From Monocercomonoides exilis PA203 (lineage: Eukaryota; Protista; Preaxostyla), in the NCBI GenBank assembly GCA_001643675.2, contig LSRY02000007.1, forward strand, positions 1,488,001 through 1,552,000: 64,000 nt of DNA, given 5' to 3'. The notes beneath the pieces were generated by a model. That model was given only the letters and a program-made list of their open reading frames with translations. It was not told the DNA's origin and searched no databases. Of this stretch, positions 1 through 13,463 are shown in pieces. A program made the position numbers and the translations under genes. Every line of letters starts with the position of its first letter. Positions within the stretch are counted from its first letter, which is position 1.

Positions 1-88
1 TTAAACAAATTTTGAAACTTTCGTTTCATTTGCAAATTCGATTTTTTTAAAGTTAATAACAACAGCAATCGAATTTAAATTGCTTGGG

Positions 89-1542
89 ATGAGGCGCGTT
101 GCGACGTCTTCCGTTTTTGTTGGCTCATTTGTATTACTTGTTATTGGGGTTCTGATATTCATTTTGTCAATAGTTCTGATGGGTGCGAAGTTCAAAGCTG
201 TCTCAGCGATTTTGGTGATTATCAGCATTGCTGGGGTTGCAGTGTTTGTTGTGGGGCTGTTCGGTTTATATGGTGTCTACAAAAAGACGATCAAGAAGAT
301 CATGTTTTTGCTGGGGATTATTTGGTGTGCTGTTGGGGGTGTGATGCTGATAGTCGGGATCATCGGGTTTGTGATGACCGATACTGCCTCTCGCGTCGTG
401 TCTGATGCCTCCATCAAGCAAATCTGTGGGATCAAAGTGACGCGCCCGGAGAACAAGAGTGCCGAGTTCAGCGAGATGGACCAGACGAAGGCCGATTTGT
501 GCTGCCGATTTTTGTCGCTCAACATGACCGAGGATTTGCGGTGCCTGCCGAGCGAGACACCAGAAAGCGTGTACAACATGTTCAAGACGGTTGTGTCGGG
601 GCTGGTGTTTCCAGTGTGCACGATCGCGTTCTACGTGTCGCTGTTCATCCTGTGGATGGGCTTCTGTGCGTTTGTGATGATGGCGAAAGGGAACGAGTGG
701 CGGATCCAGGACATGCAGGAGGCGATGATGAAGAAGGGAGGGCTTTTGACAGACGAAGACCTGAAGAAGCTGGGCAAGTCGAGAAAGGAGATGCTGGCAT
801 ACATGCCAACAAGAGGAGGGAAGAGCCTGTATTGCTTTGGTGTGTTGATGTTCAAGTATAGTTTTTTTAAGTTTTGGGAAAAAAATATTCATTTTTTTCA
901 GTTTTCGTATGTTATTGTTAAAAATTTAATACATTCAATAACCAACTTTTTTTACTTTTAACAATTAATTCCTCATTACTTTAATTATTCTTTTATTTGG
1001 TATTTCATTCATTCATTCTTTCTTTTTATAAACAAATTATATCATTTCTCCACTTATAAACAGATCATCTTGCTCGTATTGATCCAAAAGCAGAGATTGC
1101 ACCGCGGCAAAAGTCACCCAGTGCTATTGAGAAGCCTCTTCCAGGACTGAAAAAGAAGCGAAAGAAGAACAAGGACGAAGACAACGATGATGATGACAAC
1201 GACAATGAAGAAGGAGAGGACAATGAAAATGACGAAGAGAAAGAGGAGGGTGATGATGATGATGATGAGGATGATGGAGATGAATCGAAAGAGAAGAAAG
1301 AGAAGAAAGGGAAAAAGGAAAAGAAGGAGAAAAAGGATGAAAAAGATGAGAGTAAAGAAGGCAAAGACAATGAAGCAAATGCAGAAAGTTCATCTTCCAG
1401 TGATCAATCTTCATCCTCTTCATCATCATCTTCTTCTTCTTCTTCTTCGGTTGATAATCCATTGGGAGAGAATGCAGAAGAGGAAGAGGACAAAGAACCC
1501 AATCCAGCTGCATTTGGAATAGCCGCAATGACATACTTTTAA
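89..1542 (+). CDS. Tetraspanin-like four-TM protein with long acidic/Lys-rich C-terminal tail (2 exons: 89-839, 1064-1542)
   Basis: Three closely spaced hydrophobic helices, a Cys-containing loop (ICG..LCCR..RC), then a fourth helix. A phase-1 intron GTGTGT..CAG (840-1063) joins in frame to DHLARIDPK..., ending AMTYF-TAA. The ORF-track tail after 840 is intron read-through. Confidence 0.7.
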
Positions 1543-2692
1543 CATTACTGCTGAAAAAAGGAAAAAATGAAGAAAAGAAAAGAAAAGAAACCTTTTCTAC
1601 TCATTTCCTCTTCATCATCCTCTTCTTCTTCATTGACTTACTCATTTGCATTTTCTGTGAAGATTTTCTAAGAAATAAATTGTTCTTATAAACTTCTATC
1701 AACCTTTATTCTGTATTGAGAAACACTTCACTCTGCACTCTTCCTGTTTGCTGCTCTTTTTGAAAAAAACGAAAAAGTTATTTTGAAATTTATTTGTGCC
1801 TTTTTTGAATTGGTTGTAATTTGATCTGTTTCTATTTTGTTATAATTCCATCTTTGGTTTGAGCAATTTTTTTTTTTTAAATTCTGTTTTGCTTTGCTTT
1901 GCTTTATTTTTTGTTTATGTTTGTATTGATTTTTGAATTTCATTCACGTCAAAATGAATTCAGGGAGATATATTCACATTAACATTTCTCATTGAAGGAA
2001 TACATAATAAGTGAGTAAATAAATAAATCAACAAATAAAGGATGATAAAAACCTTTACAGAAGATGTGCATCAAAAACAAGGTTCCAATGTCAGATGGAA
2101 AAACACGAAATAAAAAAACAAATAATAAATATACAGTTCAGTTCTTCACATATTTGCTTTTAAAACCCATCAATAAACTCAAAGTGCATAGAGCAAAAAA
2201 TCTCAGTTTTTTTTTGATAATTTTTGTTTATTTATTCATTTTGCAAAAACAAAAACAATAACAACATCAACAATAACAATTTTACGATCTCTCCAAATCT
2301 GTTTCCTCAACATGACAACGTTTAAAATAAAATGAAAAATAAAATAAAATAAAATAAATAAATAAATAAAACTTAACAAAACCAAAGAAAATAACAGACA
2401 AATCAAACATATTACGGACTCGCAAAAACTCATAAATAAAAACAAACCACTCAGATCCGATCAAAAAGATGAATGATAATCTCTTTAAAATAACAATTTT
2501 ACTGTACATATTAACATTTTTCAAATTGTTCTCTTGAAAAATAAAATAAAATAAAATAAGAAAAAAAAACATAAGAATTTAAAAGAAAAAAAGTGGAAGA
2601 AACAAAAGGAAAACACTAAATGAAATGTAACTAACTGCAAAAACTAGTGCAATTATCTTTCTCTTTCTCCTTGTCATTCTCTCTTCTTCCGT

Positions 2693-4689
2693 CTAATAAA
2701 ACGATGCCTGTGTTGGATTCGGGTTGTATCCATCAGCAGGAGGAGGCTGGCGAGTATAAGGTGTTTGCATTGAAGAGCCAGCAGTAGCTGAAGCAGAAGC
2801 AGCATTAGCAGCAGCATAGCCCGGATATTGCACAGCCTGTGGAGTGGCAGCAGAAGGCAGAGGCTGCTGCTGGTAAGGCGAGCGGAACGAGGCACCTGGC
2901 TGCTGGAATGGCATGCCCTGTGCAGCTGGTGCCATGCGAGGTGGATAAATCTGCGCCTGTGGAAGTTGCGGGTGTTGTTGTGGTGGTGGCATTTGTGATT
3001 GCATTTGTGGTTGTTGAGGATTCATCGGATACCCTCCTCCAATCCCTCCTCCACAACCTCCTCCTCTCCCATCCATCTGCTGCATGCCTTGCATCGGGGG
3101 ATAAGGTTGCTGTCCGCCTGGAACAGGAGCAGCTCCTTGTGCATAAGGCGCAGGAATGCCAGGGGCAGCACGGAACGGCATCTGCTTCGGCATCGTCTGC
3201 ATCATCTTCGGCTGTGGCTGGAGTGAATTGTATTGCAAAGGCTGTTGTTGTGATTGTGGTTGTTGTTGGAGTTGTTGTGGCTGCTGATGAACTGTCTGCC
3301 TCATCGGCATCAGATCTGGACGAGGAGAAGAGATAGGAGTTGAAACAGAGGCAGAACCAGAGCCAGAGCCAGCAACAGAACCAGGTGGAGAAGAAGCTGA
3401 AGCAGATGAAGAAGAAGCAGAAGCAGAGCCAGGAGCCCCACGATAACCAGCCAGCGGCTGTGTCGAAGCCAGCGCCACGGGCTGCACATACGACTGGAAG
3501 CACGGCGGCTGGTAGGGCTGTGCCATTGACAGCGATCTCCCTCTCTGCGATGCTCCGTCTGTGTTTTCCTGCTGAGTGCTCTGCGGAATGAGCGAATTGG
3601 CTCGAGACAGAAGCTGTGAGGCAGCTGCTCCCGCTGCTTCAATAGCGCCGATGACTCCGCCGGAGCTTCTGGGTGCAGGTGAGGTGGAAGAGAATGAAGG
3701 GGAAGGGGATGGCTGGGTCTGTGTTGGATGTATTGGTTGCGTTGGTTGTATTGGTTGCATAGATTGCATTTGTTGCATTTGTTGCATAGGAAGTTGTGCA
3801 TATGGAGGATATTGTTGCATTTGTGGGTTATGTGGCTGCATTTGAGGTTGCATCTGAGGTCGCATACCAGTCATAGCTCCAGCACCAACACCTGTGCCTG
3901 TTCCAGAGCCGCTGCCAACAGCAGCAGCAGAAGCATTTGGAATATTCGATACAACACCAGGGCGGTTGATGTATCCATTGTTGAGTGAAGGCATCGACTG
4001 AGAGAGCGGTTGCTGGCCAATGGGACGATAGCCAGCAGGGTTTTGGTGCAAGGAGTGGTACATCTGAGGGCCCTGGCCGTATGTGAAGCTGTTTTGGCGG
4101 GCAAGCTGCTGAGACTGGGCAGACGCAGGCATTGTGGGCATATTTGACATGTTTTGCAAATTTGACATGTTTTGAATATTTGGCATGTTGGGGTTATTAC
4201 AGGAAGAATAAGAAGAAGAAGAGGAGGAGGAGGAAGAAGGAGGAATATGAGGAATATGATGAGGAGGTGGAGATGGAGAAGAAGAGGAAGAAGGATATGA
4301 ATGCTGAGCCATCTGCTGCTGGAAGGAAATGGGTTGCTGCTGTTGATATTGAACAGGACGGGAAGAAGATGGATAATCAGCAGAGGCAGAGATGAAAGCA
4401 GCAGCAGAAGAAGAATTGGAAGAAGAAGAAGAAGAAGAAGAAGCAGAAGGGCAAGAAGCAGACAAAGACGGAAGGATTGCCTTGATCTGAGGGCGATGCT
4501 GGGCATAATGTTCAGCATAAGCCGAAAACGGCACTTTGTCGCCGCACACGTCGCATTCAATTGTCTCTTCGGTTGCTTCTTCAATGACGACGCCTTCTTC
4601 AGTCACCTGAGGGATGGAATTGGGAATTTGGTCTGTTGGAGAAGAAATATTAGAAGAAGAAGAAGAAGAAGAAGAAGAAGAAGAAGAAG

Positions 4690-4720
<31 letters not shown>

Positions 4721-7700
4721 TGAAGGAGGTGACAAAGAAGGAGAAGAGGAAGAGGAAGAGAAAGAAGAAGGTGATGATGACGATGACGATGATGATGGCG
4801 ATGATGTATTAGCCAATGGATCTGATCCTTCATCTGTGGTTTCGAAGTTCATCTGTCCAGATGGAGACAAGATATTTCTGTGGATTGAACTTTGAGAAGA
4901 GGAAAGAGAAGAAGCAGATGAAGTAGAAGGAGAACAAGAAGGAGAAGAAGGAGAACAAGAAGAAGAAGGAGATGGAGAAGAAGAAGATGATGATGAGGAA
5001 GGAGGAGAAGAAGAAGAATCAACATTAACAGCATTATTAGAATGTGAAGTGTTCATCTTTCCTTCTTCTGAGTGACTGTCTGCTTGTTCAACAGAACCCA
5101 AATGGTCTGTTGATGTTTCAGTGAAGACAGAAGCAGGAATTTGGAGTGCGTTTGAAGAGAGAAGAGAAGAAGAAGAAGAGGAGGAGGAGGAGGAGGAAGA
5201 TAAAGAAGTAGAAGAAGAAGATGTTGATGATGATGAATTGGTTATTGGATTTGAGGGTGGAGGAGAGAAAGATACAACAGAAGAAGAAGAAGAAGAAGAA
5301 GAAGAAGAAGAAGATGATGATGATGATGAAGACGTAGTTATTCCGCCAGCAACAACTGGCGAGCCATCAAAAGAAGGAGCAGGGAGACTGCAGGAGGGGG
5401 GAGAAGGGGCTGGAGAGAAGAGGATTCTCAAGTCGTGTGAATAAACAGAATCTTGTGAGTTAAACAGCTCCTGCAGAGCATTGGCAGTTGAGGTTGAAGA
5501 AGAAGAAGGGGAAAGAGAAGGGGAAAGAGAAGAAGAAGGAGAAAGAGAAGGAGAAAGAGAATGAGAAGAAGAAAGAGAAGAAGAAACGGATGCGTTGTCA
5601 ACAGACCCCACAGAGGAAGAAAGCTGAGAAGAGGCAGAGAGAGAAAGAGAATTGGGGTGATGAGGGGTGGGAGGGTTGGAGGAAGGCGAAAGAGGGGTGG
5701 AAGGTGTGACGAGGTTGCATTTGGAGTCGTAGAAGGGAGGGGTGAGAGGAGGGGTGAGAGAAGAAGAGGAAGAAGAGGAAGAAGAGGAAGGAGAAGAAGA
5801 GGAAGAAGGAGAGGAAGAAGAAAAAATTTCATAACTAGAAGCTTTAGTTCCTTCTTGTTCATTTTCATTATTATTATTACTATTAACAGCTTCTTCTTCT
5901 TCATCATCATCCAACAGCAGACCCGGGACAAACTTCCTCAGCTCAGGGCGGTGGGTGACGTAATGCTCAGCATAGCTGGTGAATGGAATGCTGTCACCAC
6001 AAATATCACACTCAATTGTCTCTTCGCCTTCGGAGCTGCTGTTGGAAGAGGTGGAGGAAGAAATGGAAGAAGAAGGAGAAGAAGAAGGGAGAGAAAGAGG
6101 AGGTGTGATAGGGCGTTGAGAAGGGGATAGTGAATTGAATGAAGAAGAAGAAGAAGAAGAAGAAGGTGATGATGATGAATTCGATGAAAGAGGTTGAAGA
6201 TGAATGGTTGGATTGGGAATAGGTTGCTGTTGTTGAACTGGGTTTGTGAATGCATTTGTGTCTGAGGGAGGTTTATTTACTGAAGAAGAAGAGGAAGAGG
6301 AGGAATTAGAAGAATAAGGATAACCAGAAGAAGAAGAAGAAGAAGAAGAAGAAGAAGAAGAAGAAGAAGAAGAAGAATGATTCGCACAATTATAATTACT
6401 ATTACTGTTCCCACTGTATCTTGCATTCTCTTCCTCTGCCTCCACGTTGTATGGGTCAGAGCCAGGCGGCGGAACAACAAGCGACTGGTTGAGTGAACGT
6501 ATCATCATCGTCTGCATCAGAAGCATCTTTCGCTCTTCTCTGCTTTCGGATTCGGTCTTTTGGGGAGGTTTTGGTTTGCTTTGATCTTTGTTTTGTTCTT
6601 TGTCTTTATCTTTGTAATTTTCTTTGTATATTCCTTTTTCTCTTTCTCTTTCTTTCTCTCTTTCTTCTTCTATTTTTTCGTTTTGTCGTATTTGCTCCTG
6701 CAAATATCGTGCAACTTCACTGGCTTTCTCCTCCTTCTCCTTCTCCTTCTCCTTCTCCTTCTCTTTCTCTTTCTCTTTCTCTTTCTCTTTTTCTTTCTCT
6801 TTCTCTCTCTCCTTCTCCTTCTCTTTCTCCATCTTCTTCATTTCCTCTCTTTTCTGCTCACTTTGTTCTATTTCTGCTGATTCAATATCGATTTCTTCGA
6901 CTGACATAAATCCAAACATTTCTTGCGCTTCGCGGCACACTATTGGCTTATTGGCTGGTTGTTCTGTTATTTCTTTATCTTTTTTATTTAATGAAGAAGA
7001 AGAGGAGGAGAAAGAAGAAGAAGAAGATGATGATGATGAAGTGGAAGAGGAGGAGGAAGAAGAAGAAGAAGGTGTAGCATTCTTTCTATTAGCCATCTCT
7101 ATTGAAGGTGGTGGAATGGGCTTTTTCATTTGTTTTGTTTGTGTTTGACTCTGTGGTTGTGCCTGTGAATGAGCCTGTGTTTGATTAGAAGCTGAAAATT
7201 GATACAGAAATAAAAATAAGAACAGAAATGTTAAATCAAAATAACAAATAATAATTATTATTATGAATAAAATAAGAATAAACATATAAATAAATTCATA
7301 AAAAAGAGATAAATTAAACACAAAACAAACAATGAATGAATAAATAAATAAATAAATAAATAAATAAAAACAAAAATAATATCCAATTTCATACCATTTC
7401 CCTTCTTTCCACACACAGGCTTCTGAATCAGATCTTCGTCTGGAATGAATGTCGGCACAATCACAAACTCTGATGTCTGCTCTAATGGATTGATTTCTTC
7501 TTTCTCTGCTTCTGCTCTTGCTGCTATTGATGGAACAGCAGAATGACTGAAGCTTGGGAACATTATGTTCGATGATGATGGAGATGATTGAGAAGAAAGA
7601 GAAGAGGATGAAGGAGAAGAAGAGAAAGAAGAAGAAGGAGAAGATGATGACGACGGAAATGGCACAACTGGAGCACGATTAACAGCCGCATTCACCGCTG

Positions 7701-8355
7701 GCTGCATCATTCCTCCGTTCGGCAGGCGGTTGACTGGATGTGAAGGAGGAGCAGCATTTGGGGCAGAGATGCCTCTCATTGCCATTCTGGCAGGCTCTTT
7801 GGGGTTTGGATAAGAGCCATGTGGAGGTTGTGGGTAAGCAGAGCGGTTGGGGAGGAAGCGTTGGTTGGATTGTGATAATGAAGAAGGAGAGGAAGAAGAA
7901 GGAGAGGAAGAAGAAGGAGAGGAAGAAGAAAATGATGATGATGGTATAGATGCAGAAGGTCCAGAGATCGAAGCATTGTATGATGAAGAAGCCAATGAAG
8001 AAGCCAAAGAAGAAGAAGGAGCATGAGGCATTGATGGCTGAGGTGCTGCTTGGCTGTAGGACATCATCGGAGGCAGGTTGATTGCTGGCCTGGCTTCTGC
8101 TGACCGAGACTCATTCAATCTGCTGGTTGAGGTTACTTTTGAGGTATCAGAGGAAGAAGAGGCAGAAGAAGAAGAAGAACTAATCTTCCCAGACTCACGA
8201 GCAAGCTCTTCTTCTTCCTCTTGTGAGGCGAAAGTATATGGCATTGGAATGATGTGTGTGACTTTCTGGACACCAGGTGTGTCTTTGTTAAGCTCTTCAG
8301 CTATCAGTGGGTGATAGAGGAGATCTAAGGCAGAGGGGCGGTCGGTGGGTTCCTG

Positions 8356-8388
<33 letters not shown>

Positions 8389-9777
8389 AAAAAAGAGAGA
8401 GAGAAAGAGAGAAAAGGAGGAAGAGGGAAGGAAGGAGGGTTTTGTGGGTGATAATTGCGAGTGCGTGAATGAATATATATATGCGATGAAAAATATGGAT
8501 CGAAAAATATAAATTATAATTCATATTTTTTAATATTTGAACAGAACATTAAACAAAAAATTTCAAAAAAAGAAAAAAAAAATATAATGAAATTCACACC
8601 AAGCTCAGCATCGAGATCACCATGTGTCTCACTTCTGGCCTGACGGTGCGGGGAAATGGCAGCTTCAGCATCACCTGCAGCGCCAGGCGCCTTCTAAGCG
8701 ATCTCTTCCGCCTTCTCTGTACAGTGCTTGATCCCAATGTGGAACCAAGTGTGCAGCCAAGCTCGCTATCATCTCCCGCTCCCCCGTCTGGCAGGTCGCT
8801 GTTGGCTTCTTCTTTCTCCTTCATCATCATCATCGCAAAGTGCTGGCGTGCTATTTGGCCGACGCCCTGGGGAAAGGGACGCTGAAGTGTGAGCATCTCG
8901 TATGCGATGACTCCCAGTGAGAAAATATCGACCTTGTTTGTATATCTTGAAGGAAAATAAGAGTGTGGAATAAATAAAAAAAATAAAGCATTTCTTGGAT
9001 TGAAAATAAAAGTTGTGAAGTAAACTCTTCTTTCAGAAAAATTTCTGGGCTTGCATATAAACGTGTACCAACTGTTGTTTTTGTAAGATTTTGTTTCAAT
9101 CCTAATTGTTTGGAAGTTCCAAAATCCGCTAAATAGAACAAAATAAAACCAAAAATTAGATGATAATTTTCGAAAATTCAAAAAGAAGCAAACTTATTTT
9201 AATTTGTTTTTCGTTATAAAACAAAATGTTTTCTGGCTTTAAATCTCGATGCATCAGGCCAACAGAATGCAATCCAGCTACCCCATGTATCATTTGCGCT
9301 AAAAAATGTAAAGTTTCCTGTTTTTTCGTTTTTCAACAAATGTTATAAAAAGAAACTTAAAATAATATTTTCCAGTTATTCAAACTGATTCTGAATATGG
9401 CTTCCGCAACCTATCTTGACGATCGAGTAATGCGTGACGAAGATCACCACCAGGGCAGTATTCGAGAATTAAGTAAAGTTCTTTTTTTGTTAGAATTTTG
9501 TTAATAACATTTACGACAAATGGTGTATTAAATGATTTGTTGAGGATTGCAAGTTCGGCTTCCTGATCATTTCTTAACTTTCCATCTTTCAAAATCATCT
9601 TTTTCCAACAGAAAACTTCTCCTGTCTTTTTATGCTTGATTGAAATAACTTCACCAAAAGAACCTCTTCCCAAGACTTTAAGCTGTTGGTCTATAAGAAC
9701 ATTACGTAACAAAAGTGAATGTATATAATAAATTCATAAATAAATTTATAGAGCATACAATCTTTCACGGAAGACAT
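2693..9777 (-). CDS. Giant NEK-like Ser/Thr kinase: N-terminal kinase domain, Ser/Pro/Gln low-complexity tail, two C2H2 (UBZ-like) fingers; 7 coding exons
   Basis: Spliced translation reads MSSVKDYQQLKVLGRGSFGEV..CWKKM..LILEYCPGGDL..HRDLKPEN..TDFG..GTRLYASPE..DIFSLG..EPTDRPSA. Phase-compatible GT-AG introns link it to the 8353-7395 and 7191-2693 exons. Confidence 0.85.
4652..4719. repeat. (GAA/TCT)n microsatellite, about 22 units, encoding poly-Ser
   Basis: Pure trinucleotide run inside the kinase exon; one of many such tracts in the window. Confidence 0.95.
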
Positions 9778-9950
9778 GTTCTCAAATAAAATCTAATATT
9801 TAAAATATATTAAGGGCAAATAAAATATTTTTTTTTAAAAAAACAAACATCATTTTTCTAAAATGAAACTAAAAGCTTTCAGACTTACCAAAAGAAGAAT
9901 AAACACATAGATAACAAGAAGATGAAATGTATAAAATGAAAATTTAACTT

Positions 9951-12330
9951 TTACAGAAGTCCACCCATCTGTATAGTTTCATCCAGAAGTGCCTTAACAT
10001 CTGCATCCCGACCTCCAAGCACCTTCCACACAGAATCCAACCCAGTCTCGTCTTTTTCCTCTTCTGTAGCAACAAGACGCCCGAGAACAACAGAATAATG
10101 GAGCAGCGCATCTGCCGGAAAATGAGGAAGAATGGAAAGCGAAAACGGCAGCAACGCAACAAAATAGTGGATTGATTTTCTGAAAGTGAAAGTTTAATAA
10201 ATGTGATTCAAATATTTTGAATAACAACAAGAAAAATAAATAAATAAGTTAATAAACAAATTAACAAATCGCAAATCCAAAATTATTATCAATCTATTCC
10301 AAACCTCTCCAGCTGTATCAGCCCGAACTTCTTCGCCACCACCATCGCTTCTCCCAAGTTCTTCAGCTTCGTCAAATCCAAGTTGCTCATCACACGAGCA
10401 CATATCGTCTTCACACGGATGGAACCACACTCTTCTGCAAAGGCAATCAGAGAGACTGCATCTTCGGCTGTTAAGTTGTCTGTGGGGAGTGTGTCTGTGT
10501 TGATGTATGTGACAAGCGCCTCAATGGCTGTGTTGGAGAGGGGAAGTGGCTTTCCAACAGGATTGGAGGAGGAAGGAGAGGAAGAGGAAGAGGAAGAAGA
10601 GGAGGAAGAAGATGATGGAAGAGGTTCTGGTGGTTCCTCTGGCGAAGAAGAAGAAGAGGAAGAAGAAGAAGACGAAATGTCAGCAGAAGAAGAAAGAGGA
10701 GAAAGATAAGTCAGAAGAGGAGGGAAACGGCCCTTTATGATGGCTCTGTTGACTGGAAATGCCTTTGAACCAGAAGAAACCTGAGCATCACAGCAGCGCT
10801 GGAGGGCTCTTTGGATGTCTTCAGCAAGGGTGGATGGAGGAGCTGTGATAGAATATTCAGTTGATATCATTTCAATAAAGAAAGAAAGACATTCATGTGG
10901 ACACGAAACAGAATAAAGATTAATTTAGGATAATGAGGAATTCGTGGGAAATAAATTGCATAAAATGAATACAAAATTAGAATGAATTAACATCTTATTT
11001 GGAAAAAAAAAGAATAATAAAAGAAAAGCACACAAATGATGTATCGCGTCAAGTCATTCAGAGGAGTGTTTCCGTCGTGTCCTCCAAAGATAAACATGTC
11101 CCCCTGATATGCCACTGCCCTGTGCTGAATACGAGCCGTGATGGGCGTTCCTTTGATCTTCTCCTCTGCCCACGAATGCAGCGAGAACGAGTAGAAGCAC
11201 ACATCATTCATCTTCCCGCCGGCATTCCCACCAAACACATACATGTTCCCGCCTTGCACCACTGCGCTGTGCCGGTAGCGCGGCTTCGTTGCCTTCAGAA
11301 TCTTCACTTCTGTCCATTCGTGGTTTCCTGTTTGATGCATTTTTTTTTAATATTTTTATAAAAATATTAATATTAATAATAACAATAATAGTATTAATAA
11401 TAAAATAGTGTTAAAATTTATCGATCATAAAAATAAATGCACTAACTTAAATTGAATTCCCAAAGATCTCCAAATACTGAATCGCCAAGCCCTCCGAAAA
11501 CAAACATGGAATGCCGATATCCAACAGCTGTATGCTCATCACGAGGAGGTGGTATGGCTCCGGGAATTTGCACTTGAACCCACTGATTTTTTTCTGTAAA
11601 TTAATTTTTGGTTTTAGAATTTCTTAAAATTTAAAGAGAATTCAAAAGTAATCAAACCAAAATCCAAGTACCACGTCTCGTTCAAACGATTTTTTCCATC
11701 TTCTCCTCCAAATATATACATGCGAGTTCTTAAATATTTGAATTGTATTTACTGGTTCAAAACAAAACAAAACAAAATCTCAAACCCGTAAACAAGAGCA
11801 GTGTGACGACGTCTGGCCGAAGGACTTTTTTGCTCTTCTGTTACAATTACTCTCCATGTATGATGTTCTGTTGAATAAGTCAATTTATGTTTTATCAGAA
11901 TTAGAAAAATTGAATTATTGAAACATACCAAAAGAAAATGCATAAAGATCTGAATAAACAACATTTTGTTGTCCGCTTCCTCCAAAGATAATCATTTCAT
12001 CTCCATATACAACTGCGCTGTGGCAACTTCGACACGCGGGCGAAGATCCAAGTATTGGCACACGAAGCCATGATTGTGTTTCTATAAAACGTATTAGAAT
12101 CCAAACAGATATCAATGCAAAATATTCCAAAAGTAAATTTATTGCATACCAAAATCAAATTTGAATATTTCACTAGAAAAGTCATTTCCAAGGTCACCGC
12201 CAAAAAGATAAAGATGATGATCATAAACAACAATAGACGAATCTGCAAGGCCTGGAGGCACATCTCCGCGTGGAGGAAGTGTATGAAATGTTTTTGTCTC
12301 ACTAGTAGTATCTCGAACACGTCCAGACAT
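9951..12330 (-). CDS. Kelch-repeat + BTB/BACK-like protein (LZTR1-like architecture), multi-exon
   Basis: Repeated kelch blades (LYLFGG, RSCHSAVVYGDEMIIFGG, RYRHSAVVQGGNMYVFGG, RIQHRAVAYQGDMFIFGGHDG), then SPPSTLAEDI and BTB-like FPVNRAII..ALVTYINTD. Ends GGLL-TAA. Confidence 0.8.
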
Positions 12331-12702
12331 TTTTTATGAGTAAAAAAAAGTGTTGTAAGATCTAACCCTTCACAAAATGATTGATTATATCGATTCACGA
12401 TTAACTTTCAAATGATATCCTTGGTTCTCAAAAAATAAGAAGCTATTAATTAAGTGATCTTTTGAAAATGAAGTGCGCGCTATTGATTTAGGCTTATTAA
12501 TTAAAGATTGTGAAATGATTTTCTTTATTCCTTTTATTTTTCTCATAAAATCGCTCAACTTCAAAAGAAAATATTTCTTGAACCATCATACAATAACAAA
12601 GATTGTAATCTTTTAACAACAAACTTTTTTTTCAAATATTTATTCTTTTTGCATTCAAAATAAATGATATTTAATATTATTTTCCATTTGATATCCAATA
12701 AA

Positions 12703-13372
12703 TTAATCCATTTTTTTCTCATCATTATCACTTTCTTTTGATTCGCCTTCTTCCTCATCCGCTTCTTCTTTGTCAACTTTCATTCTCTTTGAGCTGTGCT
12801 TTATTTCTGCAAAGCATCAATAGTTTTGGAATATATAACAAAGAATAAAATTTTTATATACCTTCTTCATCCATTGGGCGAAGGATCATATTTGGAATAG
12901 ATCCTCTGATTGGATAGGATCTTGCACATCTTGGGCATATCATTTCACCTTCTTCAATAACAATGCAACACACTGCATAATAAAGTGCTTTGAGAAATTC
13001 TTTGTTAGTATGTGGTTCTTTTGGGACTTCAGGAGGTAATACTGGAGAATCTTTAGGAGCAACCTGATGTTTGAAAATAAGTAAAAAGATGAATGAAGAG
13101 GATTAGCATTAATAAAAAGACCTCTCGATAAGCAGTAAGAAGAGTTGGATAGTCTATTCTGTCTATCATCCTCACTATAAACGCTTCATCAAACTTTGAA
13201 TCTTCAACTGAAACCTTTGTTGCAGCAAGCTATAATGCAGGACATTTTATAAACGAAAAAAATACACAAATAAAATAGAAAAAGAAATATGCATGTAAAC
13301 TGTAAGCGAAGGAGGTTCCTTTTTGCATCTAGGATCGACACATGTTAAAATATTGTGTGTGATAAGCTTCAT
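12703..13372 (-). CDS. TRM112: Trm112 methyltransferase activator subunit (4 exons; not in ORF track)
   Basis: Spliced translation MKLITHNILTC..C..FDEAFIVRMIDRIDYPTL..IEEGEMICPRCARSYPIRGSIPNMIL, followed by a short acidic tail. Confidence 0.92.
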
Positions 13373-13463
13373 TATAAAAATAAAAACTGACGAAAGATAA
13401 ATGAAAATAGGATCAATTATTTAATATTATATGCAGATCAATGAAACAAAAAAGAAAGGTTGA
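13373..13463. promoter_or_regulatory. Probable bidirectional promoter between TRM112 and SEN2 (about 91 bp between ATGs)
   Basis: Head-to-head gene arrangement with a very short AT-rich spacer; no specific motif identified. Confidence 0.55.

Noticed and set aside
7192-7394. Hydrophobic N-terminus of the 1573 aa ORF as a transmembrane or signal region
   Set aside because: It is a T-rich intron (GTATGA..TTTCAG) that happens to lack stops.
4100-8320. Many poly-Glu/Arg/Lys/Leu ORFs in alternative frames (also at 14.5-16 kb, 33-35 kb and 40-43 kb)
   Set aside because: They are shadow frames of (GAA)n and related microsatellites.
2693-12330. A single kelch-BTB-kinase fusion gene
   Set aside because: The BTB gene ends in TAA at 9951; the candidate splices I tried across 9778-9955 gave frameshifts or stops; the kinase has its own typical start (MSSVKDY).
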